64,000 nt of DNA, from positions 25,913 through 89,912 of the forward strand of contig JAJZRL010000002.1 in NCBI GenBank assembly GCA_021802705.1. The letters run 5' to 3'. The notes under the pieces are model-generated. The model had not been told where the DNA came from. It was given only the letters and a program-made list of their open reading frames with translations, and made no database searches. The translations under genes and the position numbers were made by a program. The stretch is from a bacterium. GTDB taxonomy: Bacteria > Patescibacteriota > Minisyncoccia > Phycocordibacterales > Phycocordibacteraceae. Numbering within the stretch: the first letter of the stretch is position 1; each line of letters starts with the position of its first letter. Positions 55,708 through 63,151 of this stretch are shown in pieces.

Positions 55708-57505
55708 GTCGTTCTTTTTCCCCTTTTATCGCGAGAAGCTGCGAAGGGTCTGACGTGATGATCTGGTCTTCGGTATAGCTTGCGACGATCTTTATCGCGA
55801 CATGCTTCAGTCCCGCAAAGAAGAGCCCTTCCCCGACGCCTGCTTCAAGGAGCAGATATTTCTCTTCATCGGTCAGACTGAAGGTTTCTTGCAAGACCTT
55901 GATGCTTGTCGGAGATTGTTTCAGCAGGAGCTGCAACGAGGAGTTCGCAAGGATCGGCCGCCCATACGGGCTCCTGATGAAATCTTCGACATCCTGCGTT
56001 ATGGTGCAGACGCCGAGGTAGTACTTGCGGCCGCGTTTCGCGACGGAATACAAGAACGAAGCCGTATCTTCGCTTTTCATCATCCACCACGCCTCGTCGA
56101 TGACAAGCAGGCGCTTTTTCAACTCGTGACGTATCGCGTTCCATATGTAATGCGTCACGATATACATCGCCACCGGCTTGAGCTCGTCTTCCATATCGCG
56201 TATCGAGAAAACGGCGAATTGGTGCCGGAAATCGACATTCGTCGGCTGATTGAGGAATCCGGACCACGTGCCGCGGGTATATTTGGAAAGCCTCTCGACG
56301 AGAGACTCGCTCCCTTCCATGCCGGAGAGCACCTGTTCGAAATCGGAAAGCAGCGGGGGCTCGGCGCCGGTGAAATCGGCGTCGCCAGTGATGTCTTTCA
56401 GCGCATAGGTTTCGCTGACCGCGCGATCGATGATGGCATCTTCTTCCGGGGTGAGTCCGCCAAGCATGATGCGGAAGAGCCCGACAAGCGCGATGATATT
56501 GGAGCGCAAGATGTCCCGCGGATCCTCGTCTTCTTTGACCGGCGGCAGGTCGAACGGGTTGATGTGGTGTTCGGAAGAGAGCGAGATGCGGAACGAACGG
56601 CCTCCGGTCGCTTCCGCAAGCTGTCCGTACTCCTGTTCAGGATCGATGACGATAACGTCCGCGCCGAACATGAGCGAACGAAGTATCTCAAGCTTTGCGG
56701 AGTAGCTCTTGCCGCTGCCGGATTTCGCGAAAACGACCGAATTGTAGTTCTCAAGCGAGAAGCGATCGAAGAGGATGAGCGAAGAATTGTGCCGGTTGAT
56801 GCCATAGAGAATGCCGCGGTCGCTCGTAAGGTCGAATGAAACGAAGGGGAATATGGAAGAAAGAGGAGAAGAGTTCAATTTCGAATTGACGAGGAGCTCG
56901 TCGGTCCCGAGCGGCAGGCAGGACCGGAATCCTTGTTCCTGCTGGAAAAGGGCTGGTTTGGTATATACGAGCTTTGAATCAAGGATGCTGCGGATATCAC
57001 CCTCGGTCTTGCTTATCTCTTCTTTTGAATCGCCGTAGAGCGCAAGATAGAGTCCGACATCGAAAAGCTTCTCCTGTGCCTGCTGGAGATCGTTTCGCAG
57101 GTTCTCCAGGTCCTGATATGCAGTATCAAGGAGCGGGTCGCGTACCAGACCCTTTGCCTCACGGTCGTTTATCTGGCTCTGAACCTCGGCGACCTTTTTT
57201 TGGAAGCCGCGAAGCGCTTGTTCGGTTTCGATGGGATGGATGAATATGGAGATATCAAGCACCTTGTCGAGGTTGATGACCGGAGAAAACCAGCTGTCGA
57301 CGAGAAAGCGCGGGTATGAAATGGTATAGAATGCTCGAACGAATTTCTCACCGAGCTCGACTTCCCTCGAGCTTATCTTAAGCGCCGTCGGAGCGATCGT
57401 ATCGATGAGATCGAGAGATCCCTGCTGGTAGATGTCTTTCGGAAGGACCGGCATTATTTCCGGCGTTTCTTCTTTTTTGCGATTGAGAAAATCGAGGAGC
57501 GACAT
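55682..57505 (-). CDS. VirB4/TrbE-family type IV secretion ATPase, ATPase portion
   Basis: Walker A VVFAKSGSGKSYSAK, Walker B LLVIDEAWWMM (DEAW hallmark of VirB4), 607 aa. Confidence 0.8.
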   Translation of the reverse strand: MSLLDFLNRKKEETPEIMPVLPKDIYQQGSLDLIDTIAPTALKISSREVELGEKFVRAFYTISYPRFLVDSWFSPVINLDKVLDISIFIHPIETEQALRGFQKKVAEVQSQINDREAKGLVRDPLLDTAYQDLENLRNDLQQAQEKLFDVGLYLALYGDSKEEISKTEGDIRSILDSKLVYTKPALFQQEQGFRSCLPLGTDELLVNSKLNSSPLSSIFPFVSFDLTSDRGILYGINRHNSSLILFDRFSLENYNSVVFAKSGSGKSYSAKLEILRSLMFGADVIVIDPEQEYGQLAEATGGRSFRISLSSEHHINPFDLPPVKEDEDPRDILRSNIIALVGLFRIMLGGLTPEEDAIIDRAVSETYALKDITGDADFTGAEPPLLSDFEQVLSGMEGSESLVERLSKYTRGTWSGFLNQPTNVDFRHQFAVFSIRDMEDELKPVAMYIVTHYIWNAIRHELKKRLLVIDEAWWMMKSEDTASFLYSVAKRGRKYYLGVCTITQDVEDFIRSPYGRPILANSSLQLLLKQSPTSIKVLQETFSLTDEEKYLLLEAGVGEGLFFAGLKHVAIKIVASYTEDQIITSDPSQLLAIKGEKERHDLTQKQQ

Positions 57506-57519
57506 AGTTTTATAATAGG

Positions 57520-58152
57520 TTAGGCGTCAAGCCGGATCGGGTTCTCGAGCTCTCCGGGATTGAAAGAGCGGTAGAGGAGCTCGATGATCTCTTCGGTCCC
57601 GAGCGGGACCGCACGAATACCCGAACTCCCGAGCCCGCTTGCAACGAGCGCGAGGCGCTGCTCGAGCTGCGCGCGATTCTCTTCGAAAGACAGATCGGCG
57701 GCATTCGCAGCCACCGGATTCCCGCGATGGAGGAATCCGACCGCGTTTACGGGGGAAACCCGCGGCGAATACGGAACAACGACGTAAAACGATTTTGTCA
57801 TGATGTTCGCCTGATCCGTGAACGAACGTATGAACTCTATGTACTCGTGCAGTTGGATTCGCATAAGCTCGGTTTCTTGCCCGGCGGCCTTTTCAGAAAG
57901 CAGCGCGAGGTACGGCCGTAAGTCCATCTTGCGCGAATTCACGACGATCTGAATCGAGAAGTCGAGCACGTTAAGGAAGTTCTGGAACCCGAGGATGATG
58001 GCATGCTGTTCGTCAGCGGATTTCAGGCCGAAATTGACCGAGGAACAGATAAGGACGCCGCGGTAGCTGTCGTCTTTGAGGACGATGATGCCGTTCCGGA
58101 TCTCTTTGACCGGAACGAATTGCTGCGTTGCGCCCACTGTTTTTGCGGCCAT
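57520..58152 (-). CDS. VirB4 N-terminal (CagE_TrbE_VirB-like) domain encoded as a separate ORF
   Basis: 210 aa: EIRNGIIVLKDDSYRGVLICSSVNFGLKSADEQHAIILGFQNFLNVLDFSIQIVVNSRKMDLRPYL resembles VirB4/TrbE N-terminal domains. It ends 14 nt before the ATPase ORF, which is in another frame. Confidence 0.55.
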   Translation of the reverse strand: MAAKTVGATQQFVPVKEIRNGIIVLKDDSYRGVLICSSVNFGLKSADEQHAIILGFQNFLNVLDFSIQIVVNSRKMDLRPYLALLSEKAAGQETELMRIQLHEYIEFIRSFTDQANIMTKSFYVVVPYSPRVSPVNAVGFLHRGNPVAANAADLSFEENRAQLEQRLALVASGLGSSGIRAVPLGTEEIIELLYRSFNPGELENPIRLDA

Positions 58153-58153
58153 A

Positions 58154-58594
58154 TTATAGGTTCGTATTATCGGAGGTATCCTGTGTCGATTTTACATCAA
58201 GCGACCAGGCAAGTTCCGAGAGTTTCCCGCGCGTGAGCTTCGGGGTGCCGCGCGTCGGTTGCTCTTGAGGCATTGCCGCTGTCGCGCCGCCGGCGCCTTC
58301 TTTCTTTGCTTCCCCTTCTTCGTGTTTCCATAGGAAGAGCCTTGCGCGGGTGTAGTAATTGAAACCGGCTTCGAGTATTTCGACGAAAGGCTTCCCGTTC
58401 ATTTTGTAGAACGCGAGCGCTCCCGCGAGTGCCACGACGGGTATGGAGAACAGGAGCGCAAGCACGATTGGAAGGTAGACGAAGAATATCGCGCAAAAAC
58501 CGCCCGCACCGGCGACGTAGATGAACTGCTTCAGGGTTAGAGGCCCGACGATTCTATCCTCGACATCGATGAACTGCGGCACTTGATACTCCAT
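58154..58594 (-). CDS. VirB3-like small membrane protein
   Basis: 146 aa MEYQVPQFIDVEDRIVGPLTLKQFIYVAGAGGFCAIFFVYLPIVLALLFSIPVVALAGALAFY; two TM helices, immediately upstream of the VirB4 ORFs. Confidence 0.45.
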   Translation of the reverse strand: MEYQVPQFIDVEDRIVGPLTLKQFIYVAGAGGFCAIFFVYLPIVLALLFSIPVVALAGALAFYKMNGKPFVEILEAGFNYYTRARLFLWKHEEGEAKKEGAGGATAAMPQEQPTRGTPKLTRGKLSELAWSLDVKSTQDTSDNTNL

Positions 58595-58642
58595 TGTCTG
58601 CAGTATAGCAGCCGTACGCCGCCGAGAAACGTTTTACCGTGT

Positions 58643-59968
58643 TTACGGACACTCCCCGTTCGCAGCGGTCTTTTTGAGAATTTGTTCTGGCGAGGAGCCC
58701 TGTTCGTAATGCAGGAACGCTTCGGGATGTGCATCCCACTCCTTCCGCACGGCGTCGACGATGCGCCACGACTCGAGCACTTCTCCGCTCGACGCGAAAA
58801 GAGTGTGGTCTCCGCGCAAAGCGTCGAGAAGGACGTGTTCATACGCGTCAGGGAGCGCGCCGAAATGGTCGGCATATGCGAATGCGAGAGGGACGCGCTC
58901 GATCGTCCGGTCATACCCCGGACGCTTGGCGAAGAAACAGAGCTCGATACCCTCGTTCGGCTGGATACGGAGCGTCAACCGGTTCGATTGTGATATGTCG
59001 GTACGCCGATACGTGATAACGATTTCCGTTTTCTTCTCCCCGAGCGCCTTTCCGGTCGTGAGGGTTATAGGCACATCGCTCCAGCGAGGATCTGTCGAAG
59101 AAAGCGTGATCGAAGCGAACGTTTCAACCATCGAGTCCGGATTTCCCACTTCATCGCGATACCCCTCGTATTGTCCGCGATAGATGCGGTCGGGAACGAC
59201 CTCAAGCGCGCGTAAAGCCGCTTGTCGCGCCTGCGGCACTTCATGCCACGCGTCTTTTTCGGGAAGGGTCATGAGCGTAAGGGCGGCGAGCTGAAGCAGG
59301 TGGCTTTGGACCAGGTCGCGCAATGCGCCGGTCTGCTCATAAAAGGCGACGCGCCCTTCGATCCCGATGGTTTCGCTCGCGAGGATGTCGATACGCTCGA
59401 TCGCTTCGCTATTCCACGTATGTTCGAAGAGCGGATTGTCGCGCCGAAAAAAAAGTATGTTTTGAACCGTTTCCTTTGCGAGATAGTGATCGATCCGGTA
59501 GACCTGTTCCGACGAAAAAGAACGTTCGATATGCTTCACAAGCTCTTTCGCGCTCTCTTCGTCGACCCCGAAAGGCTTCTCGAGGAGCAGTTTCGTATTC
59601 GGGATGTCGGCAAGCCCCGAGCCCCCGAGCTGTTCGATGATGGGCCGCGCGGTTTTCGGCGGCACGGAGAGATACCACAGGCGTTGCGCCGTGCCGCCCT
59701 GCTCGCGTTCGATATCGCGAAGGTACGAGTCGAGACGGGCAAAATCAGCGGTCTCCGTAAGCGACATCGGGAAAAGCGTCGTGCGGGCGCGGATATACTC
59801 CGCATGAGCGATGCCGGTTAAGAGTGACTCGATGTCGGCGGTTTGCTGCCGCGTGATGCCGACGATACGCAGTTGTGCCGGCAAGACACCCGCCTTAGCC
59901 ATCTCGCCGATAGCCGGCAACAGTTTTCGACGTGAAAGGTTGCCGGTAATACCGACGATGATGAGGAT
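58643..59968 (-). CDS. zwf: glucose-6-phosphate 1-dehydrogenase
   Basis: RIDHYLAKE (G6PD signature DHYLGKE) and an N-terminal NADP-binding GITGNLSRRKL. Start at MGNNAF. Confidence 0.85.
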   Translation of the reverse strand: MLIIVGITGNLSRRKLLPAIGEMAKAGVLPAQLRIVGITRQQTADIESLLTGIAHAEYIRARTTLFPMSLTETADFARLDSYLRDIEREQGGTAQRLWYLSVPPKTARPIIEQLGGSGLADIPNTKLLLEKPFGVDEESAKELVKHIERSFSSEQVYRIDHYLAKETVQNILFFRRDNPLFEHTWNSEAIERIDILASETIGIEGRVAFYEQTGALRDLVQSHLLQLAALTLMTLPEKDAWHEVPQARQAALRALEVVPDRIYRGQYEGYRDEVGNPDSMVETFASITLSSTDPRWSDVPITLTTGKALGEKKTEIVITYRRTDISQSNRLTLRIQPNEGIELCFFAKRPGYDRTIERVPLAFAYADHFGALPDAYEHVLLDALRGDHTLFASSGEVLESWRIVDAVRKEWDAHPEAFLHYEQGSSPEQILKKTAANGECP

Positions 59969-59984
59969 CGCCGATGTGAACGCG

Positions 59985-60245
59985 TTATTTCCCATCACTT
60001 CGGATATCTTTCGGTTGGAGCGGGCTTTCGATTCCGGGCGACCAGGAGGCCTGTATTGACCCGAACTTCTTTTCGTACTCCTCAAGCTGATGCGAGAGGC
60101 TCTGTACGAGACGTTTCATGTGTTGGGGCGTGAGCGCGTAAGCGGTTGCGTTTTCACCGACGCTCATGACCATGACGAAGTTTTCTTCCGAATGCCCCGC
60201 CACGACGCTTTCACAGAACTGTTTAGGGATTTTGTTGAAGTCCAT
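59985..60245 (-). CDS. DUF3467-like small protein
   Basis: 86 aa ...ENFVMVMSVGENATAYALTPQHMKRLVQSLSHQLEEYEKKFGSI pattern reminiscent of DUF3467. Confidence 0.4.
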   Translation of the reverse strand: MDFNKIPKQFCESVVAGHSEENFVMVMSVGENATAYALTPQHMKRLVQSLSHQLEEYEKKFGSIQASWSPGIESPLQPKDIRSDGK

Positions 60246-60255
60246 AGGCTCTCAA

Positions 60256-60900
60256 CTATATACCATTACCGCTGTTGCCGGTAAGCAGACCGAAAAGCCA
60301 GAGGACAAGCGTGAAAAACGGCTGCGCGAAAAGGTAGGAAAAGATGAGGAGGAAAAGGATCAGCGAGAAGACCCCCATGGAACGGATATTCCTCTCGAGA
60401 TGCTCAAGCTTCGAAGAAAGAGACCACGGCAGCGCGCTGCGGAGCGCGGTAAACCCGTCCAAAGGCGGGATCGGTACGAGATTGAACAGCCCGAGAAATA
60501 AGTTTATGAATGAGATAGTCATGGCGAAAGAGAGGGCGGTCGCGCCAAGCCCGAAAGAAGCCCCGAAGCGCACGATAAGCCCAAAGACGCACGCGAGAAG
60601 GATGTTCGTCGCGGATCCGGCGAGCGCGACGAACGTTTCGCCCCAGCGCTGGTTCCTTAGGTTGTAGGGATTGTAGGGTACCGGCTTCGCCCACCCGAAG
60701 AATATGGGCGAACCGGAGAGAACGAGAAGCGCCGGGATGGCGATTGACCCCATGAGATCGATGTGCGGGATCGGATTCAGGGTAAGGCGGCCGGCCAGGC
60801 GCGCGGTCGGATCGCCGAGAGAATCAGCGGCATATCCGTGCGCAACCTCATGCGCGATGATGGAAAGAATGAGGACGCTAAGCCAGAGCGCAGTAATCAT
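60256..60900 (-). CDS. site-2 protease (M50) family zinc metalloprotease
   Basis: HEVAHGY HExxH within a TM helix, polytopic with LDG motif (LVPIPPLDG). Start set at MITALWLS. Confidence 0.7.
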   Translation of the reverse strand: MITALWLSVLILSIIAHEVAHGYAADSLGDPTARLAGRLTLNPIPHIDLMGSIAIPALLVLSGSPIFFGWAKPVPYNPYNLRNQRWGETFVALAGSATNILLACVFGLIVRFGASFGLGATALSFAMTISFINLFLGLFNLVPIPPLDGFTALRSALPWSLSSKLEHLERNIRSMGVFSLILFLLIFSYLFAQPFFTLVLWLFGLLTGNSGNGI

Positions 60901-60939
60901 ATTGCTCGTTTGAAATCTTATGCTACCATGCGGAGGATT

Positions 60940-61182
60940 ATGGCACGAGCCTGCGACATAACCGGTAAAAGCACGCAAGTTGGCGGGCGGTATTCCAACC
61001 GCACCCGCGCGACCCAGTTCAATCCGACGGGCAAAGTTCGTCGCAAGGCGAACCTTCAAAAACGCCGCATTTACGTACACGAGCTCGGTAAAACGGTCAT
61101 TGTTGATGTTTCTATGAAAGGGTTGAAGACCATCAAGAAAAACGGAGCCTACACGACCCTGAAAAAGTCCGGCGTCATCTAG
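60940..61182 (+). CDS. rpmB: ribosomal protein L28
   Basis: MARACDITGKSTQVGGRYSNRTRATQFNPTGKVRRKANLQKRRIYVHELGKTVIVDVSMKGLKTIKKNG matches L28. Confidence 0.8.
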   Translation: MARACDITGKSTQVGGRYSNRTRATQFNPTGKVRRKANLQKRRIYVHELGKTVIVDVSMKGLKTIKKNGAYTTLKKSGVI

Positions 61183-61215
61183 CCGTAACGAACGGAATAA
61201 CCAATTACCGCGGAG

Positions 61216-61950
61216 CTAAGGCGCCGTAATCGTTTTTCCGTTTGAAACGAAAACCTTTGCCGGCGTGCTTGAGGAGATAGTTATTGCAGGAGCTTGCGAG
61301 CACGTACCGAAGTCCGCAAGCCGGGACGCAGCAGCAGAAGAAAGTCCGTTCTCTATGAGAAACGACGTATCGCCGTAAGAAAGACAGAAAGCGAGGGCAT
61401 AGTTCAGCATGGTTTTTGCATTCGGGCGTGCTTGTCTCTGGAGAGGCGGCCAGAGAATCTCAAGAGAGAGGCGCTTCCCTGCGGTAACGCGCATGCCACG
61501 CGAGACGGCGGCATCGCGGAGCCCGTGCTCTGCTTTTACCGCTTCGGCAAGCAGAGCCTCCTGGCTTCTTGAACCAGCCACCGGCGAACGGACGAGGTAT
61601 CCGATGCTGTACCGGCTAAGGACATCCGGTAATCCGCCGGTCGTATCCGCGGTAATACGCGTAAGCACGACTGCGTCTATACGACGCTGCCATTCAGGCA
61701 TCGCCCCTCCCAGTAAGCGGAGTATTTTCGCATCCGGTCCGGTATCGATAAGGATCGTTGCGCCGCGCTTTTCCCGGACGAGGATCGCACGGCTCTCTTT
61801 CCCCGTTTCGAGAACGGTTACGGTGAGCGGTGGCGTGGAGAATAGTTCGCGATAGACGAACATATTTGCTGCAATAAGGACGACGGCGATACCGATGATT
61901 GTCCGGCTGCGCAAAGCTTGCATGAGTACCGTAAGTATAGTATTACTCAA
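61216..61950 (-). CDS. membrane-anchored ComEC-type metallo-beta-lactamase-fold domain, catalytically degenerate
   Basis: N-terminal TM, then LTVTVLETGKESRAILVREKRGATILIDTGPDAK...IDAVVLTRITADTTGG. Same layout as the ComEC C-terminal MBL domain, but THxDxDHxGG is replaced by TRITADTTGG. Confidence 0.5.
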   Translation of the reverse strand: MSNTILTVLMQALRSRTIIGIAVVLIAANMFVYRELFSTPPLTVTVLETGKESRAILVREKRGATILIDTGPDAKILRLLGGAMPEWQRRIDAVVLTRITADTTGGLPDVLSRYSIGYLVRSPVAGSRSQEALLAEAVKAEHGLRDAAVSRGMRVTAGKRLSLEILWPPLQRQARPNAKTMLNYALAFCLSYGDTSFLIENGLSSAAASRLADFGTCSQAPAITISSSTPAKVFVSNGKTITAP

Positions 61951-61977
61951 TCGGATCGATTTTCGGGAGAAGTGTCA

Positions 61978-62151
61978 TGAATCCATCCCCTCACGAAGAG
62001 GTTCTTTTCGAAGAAGAGCTTGAACGCATGCGCCAGATATTCGGCTTCGAGAAGGTCGCGGAACTCATCCGCGACAACGGCGTCCGGCGTACGCTCGAGA
62101 TGCTCCGGCTTACGGAGTGCTTTATCGAAACGGGGTCAACCATGCAGTAAT
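61978..62151 (+). CDS. hypothetical small protein (57 aa)
   Basis: MNPSPHEEVLFEEELERMRQIFGFEKVAELIRDNGVRRTLEMLRLTECFIETGSTMQ; a strong terminator follows directly. Confidence 0.35.
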
Positions 62152-62156
62152 GGAGC

Positions 62157-62190
62157 GCCCGCGATCAGATGATCGCGGGCGTCTTTTTTA
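62157..62190 (+). terminator. rho-independent terminator
   Basis: Perfect stem gcccgcgatc-agat-gatcgcgggc followed by tcttttttac. Confidence 0.6.
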
Positions 62191-62208
62191 CTCTGTAGGC
62201 TACTGAGT

Positions 62209-62529
62209 TTACTGGCCGCGCATCTTATCCTCCCGATAGATCTGCTTCCCTTCTTCTATCGATCGTGCCATCCCGATCACCTCATCCTTGTCGTTTATGA
62301 CCGGCGCTTTCCCTGCGACGTCCCGCACGGTAAGACGCGCATCAAGGGCTTTCTGCACGACGTCTTCGACAGAATCATTTCCGTGTTCCTCGATAAGGGC
62401 TGCTACTTGGCGGATTTCATCAGCGGAGAACTGCTTTTCGGCATATTCCGGATGTTTCGCTATAAAAGTGGTTACCATCTGTTCTACGCCGGTTTCGGCA
62501 TGCGGGTATTTTTGCGATTCCATAGTCAT
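62209..62529 (-). CDS. hypothetical protein
   Basis: About 106 aa from MTMESQKYPHAETGVEQMVTTFIAKHPEYAEKQFSADEIRQVAALIEEHG...; the N-terminal part of the longer ORF looks non-coding. Confidence 0.35.
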   Translation of the reverse strand: MTMESQKYPHAETGVEQMVTTFIAKHPEYAEKQFSADEIRQVAALIEEHGNDSVEDVVQKALDARLTVRDVAGKAPVINDKDEVIGMARSIEEGKQIYREDKMRGQ

Positions 62530-62560
62530 ATGAAAGGAATAATAGGGTATGATACGGAAT

Positions 62561-63151
62561 ATGCAATATACCCTACGACAATTCAATCTTCCCGCGCTCA
62601 CCGGGCTTTCTGAGAAACAAATAAAGGTACATCTCGGACTGTACGAAGGATACGTGAAGCACGTGAACCTCATAAGCGACACGCTCGCCGCTGTCCGCAA
62701 CGGGGATCTGAAACTCGATCCGTACGTTGTCGCCGAGCTCCGCCGCAGGTTCCCTTTCGAGTTTAACGGCATGCGCATGCACGAATATTATTTCGAACAA
62801 TTCGAAGGCGAAAAAGGAGGAAGTCCCGATTCCGCGCTTGCCGCGGCCGCAAAAGAAAAGTACGGAAGCGGAGAGAATTTCATCGCGCACATTAAGGAAG
62901 TCGCCGGAAGCCGCGGCATCGGCTGGGTCGTCGTATCCGTTGATCCCGCCACCCGAACCTTACACACCGTTTTTGTGAACGATCATGAGATCGGACAGCT
63001 CGCGGGGCTCCCGATAGTGCTCGCGCTCGACCTCTGGGAACACGCATTCATGGTGGACTATGTTCCCGCGGAGAAGAAAAATTATATCGATGCCTTTTTC
63101 GCAAACCTCAATTGGAGCGTCGTTGAGAAACGTTTCGATGCGGCGAAATAA
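62561..63151 (+). CDS. Fe/Mn superoxide dismutase family protein
   Basis: The C-terminal motif ALDLWEHAFMVDYVPAEKKNYIDAFFANLNWSVV matches the SOD D-x-W-E-H-A-Y-Y region. The N-terminus YTLRQFNLPALTGLSEKQIKVHLGLYEGYV aligns to the SOD N-terminal helix with only one of the paired His retained. Confidence 0.7.
   Translation: MQYTLRQFNLPALTGLSEKQIKVHLGLYEGYVKHVNLISDTLAAVRNGDLKLDPYVVAELRRRFPFEFNGMRMHEYYFEQFEGEKGGSPDSALAAAAKEKYGSGENFIAHIKEVAGSRGIGWVVVSVDPATRTLHTVFVNDHEIGQLAGLPIVLALDLWEHAFMVDYVPAEKKNYIDAFFANLNWSVVEKRFDAAK

Noticed and set aside
55802-56839. 345-aa plus-strand ORF antisense to the VirB4 ATPase
   Set aside because: Arg/Asp-rich low complexity; the minus strand has Walker A/B.
61183-61215. 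Terminator after rpmB (ttaccgcggagctaaggcgccgtaatcgttttt)
   Set aside because: Stem is imperfect/ambiguous. The T-run exists but no clean hairpin could be drawn by eye.
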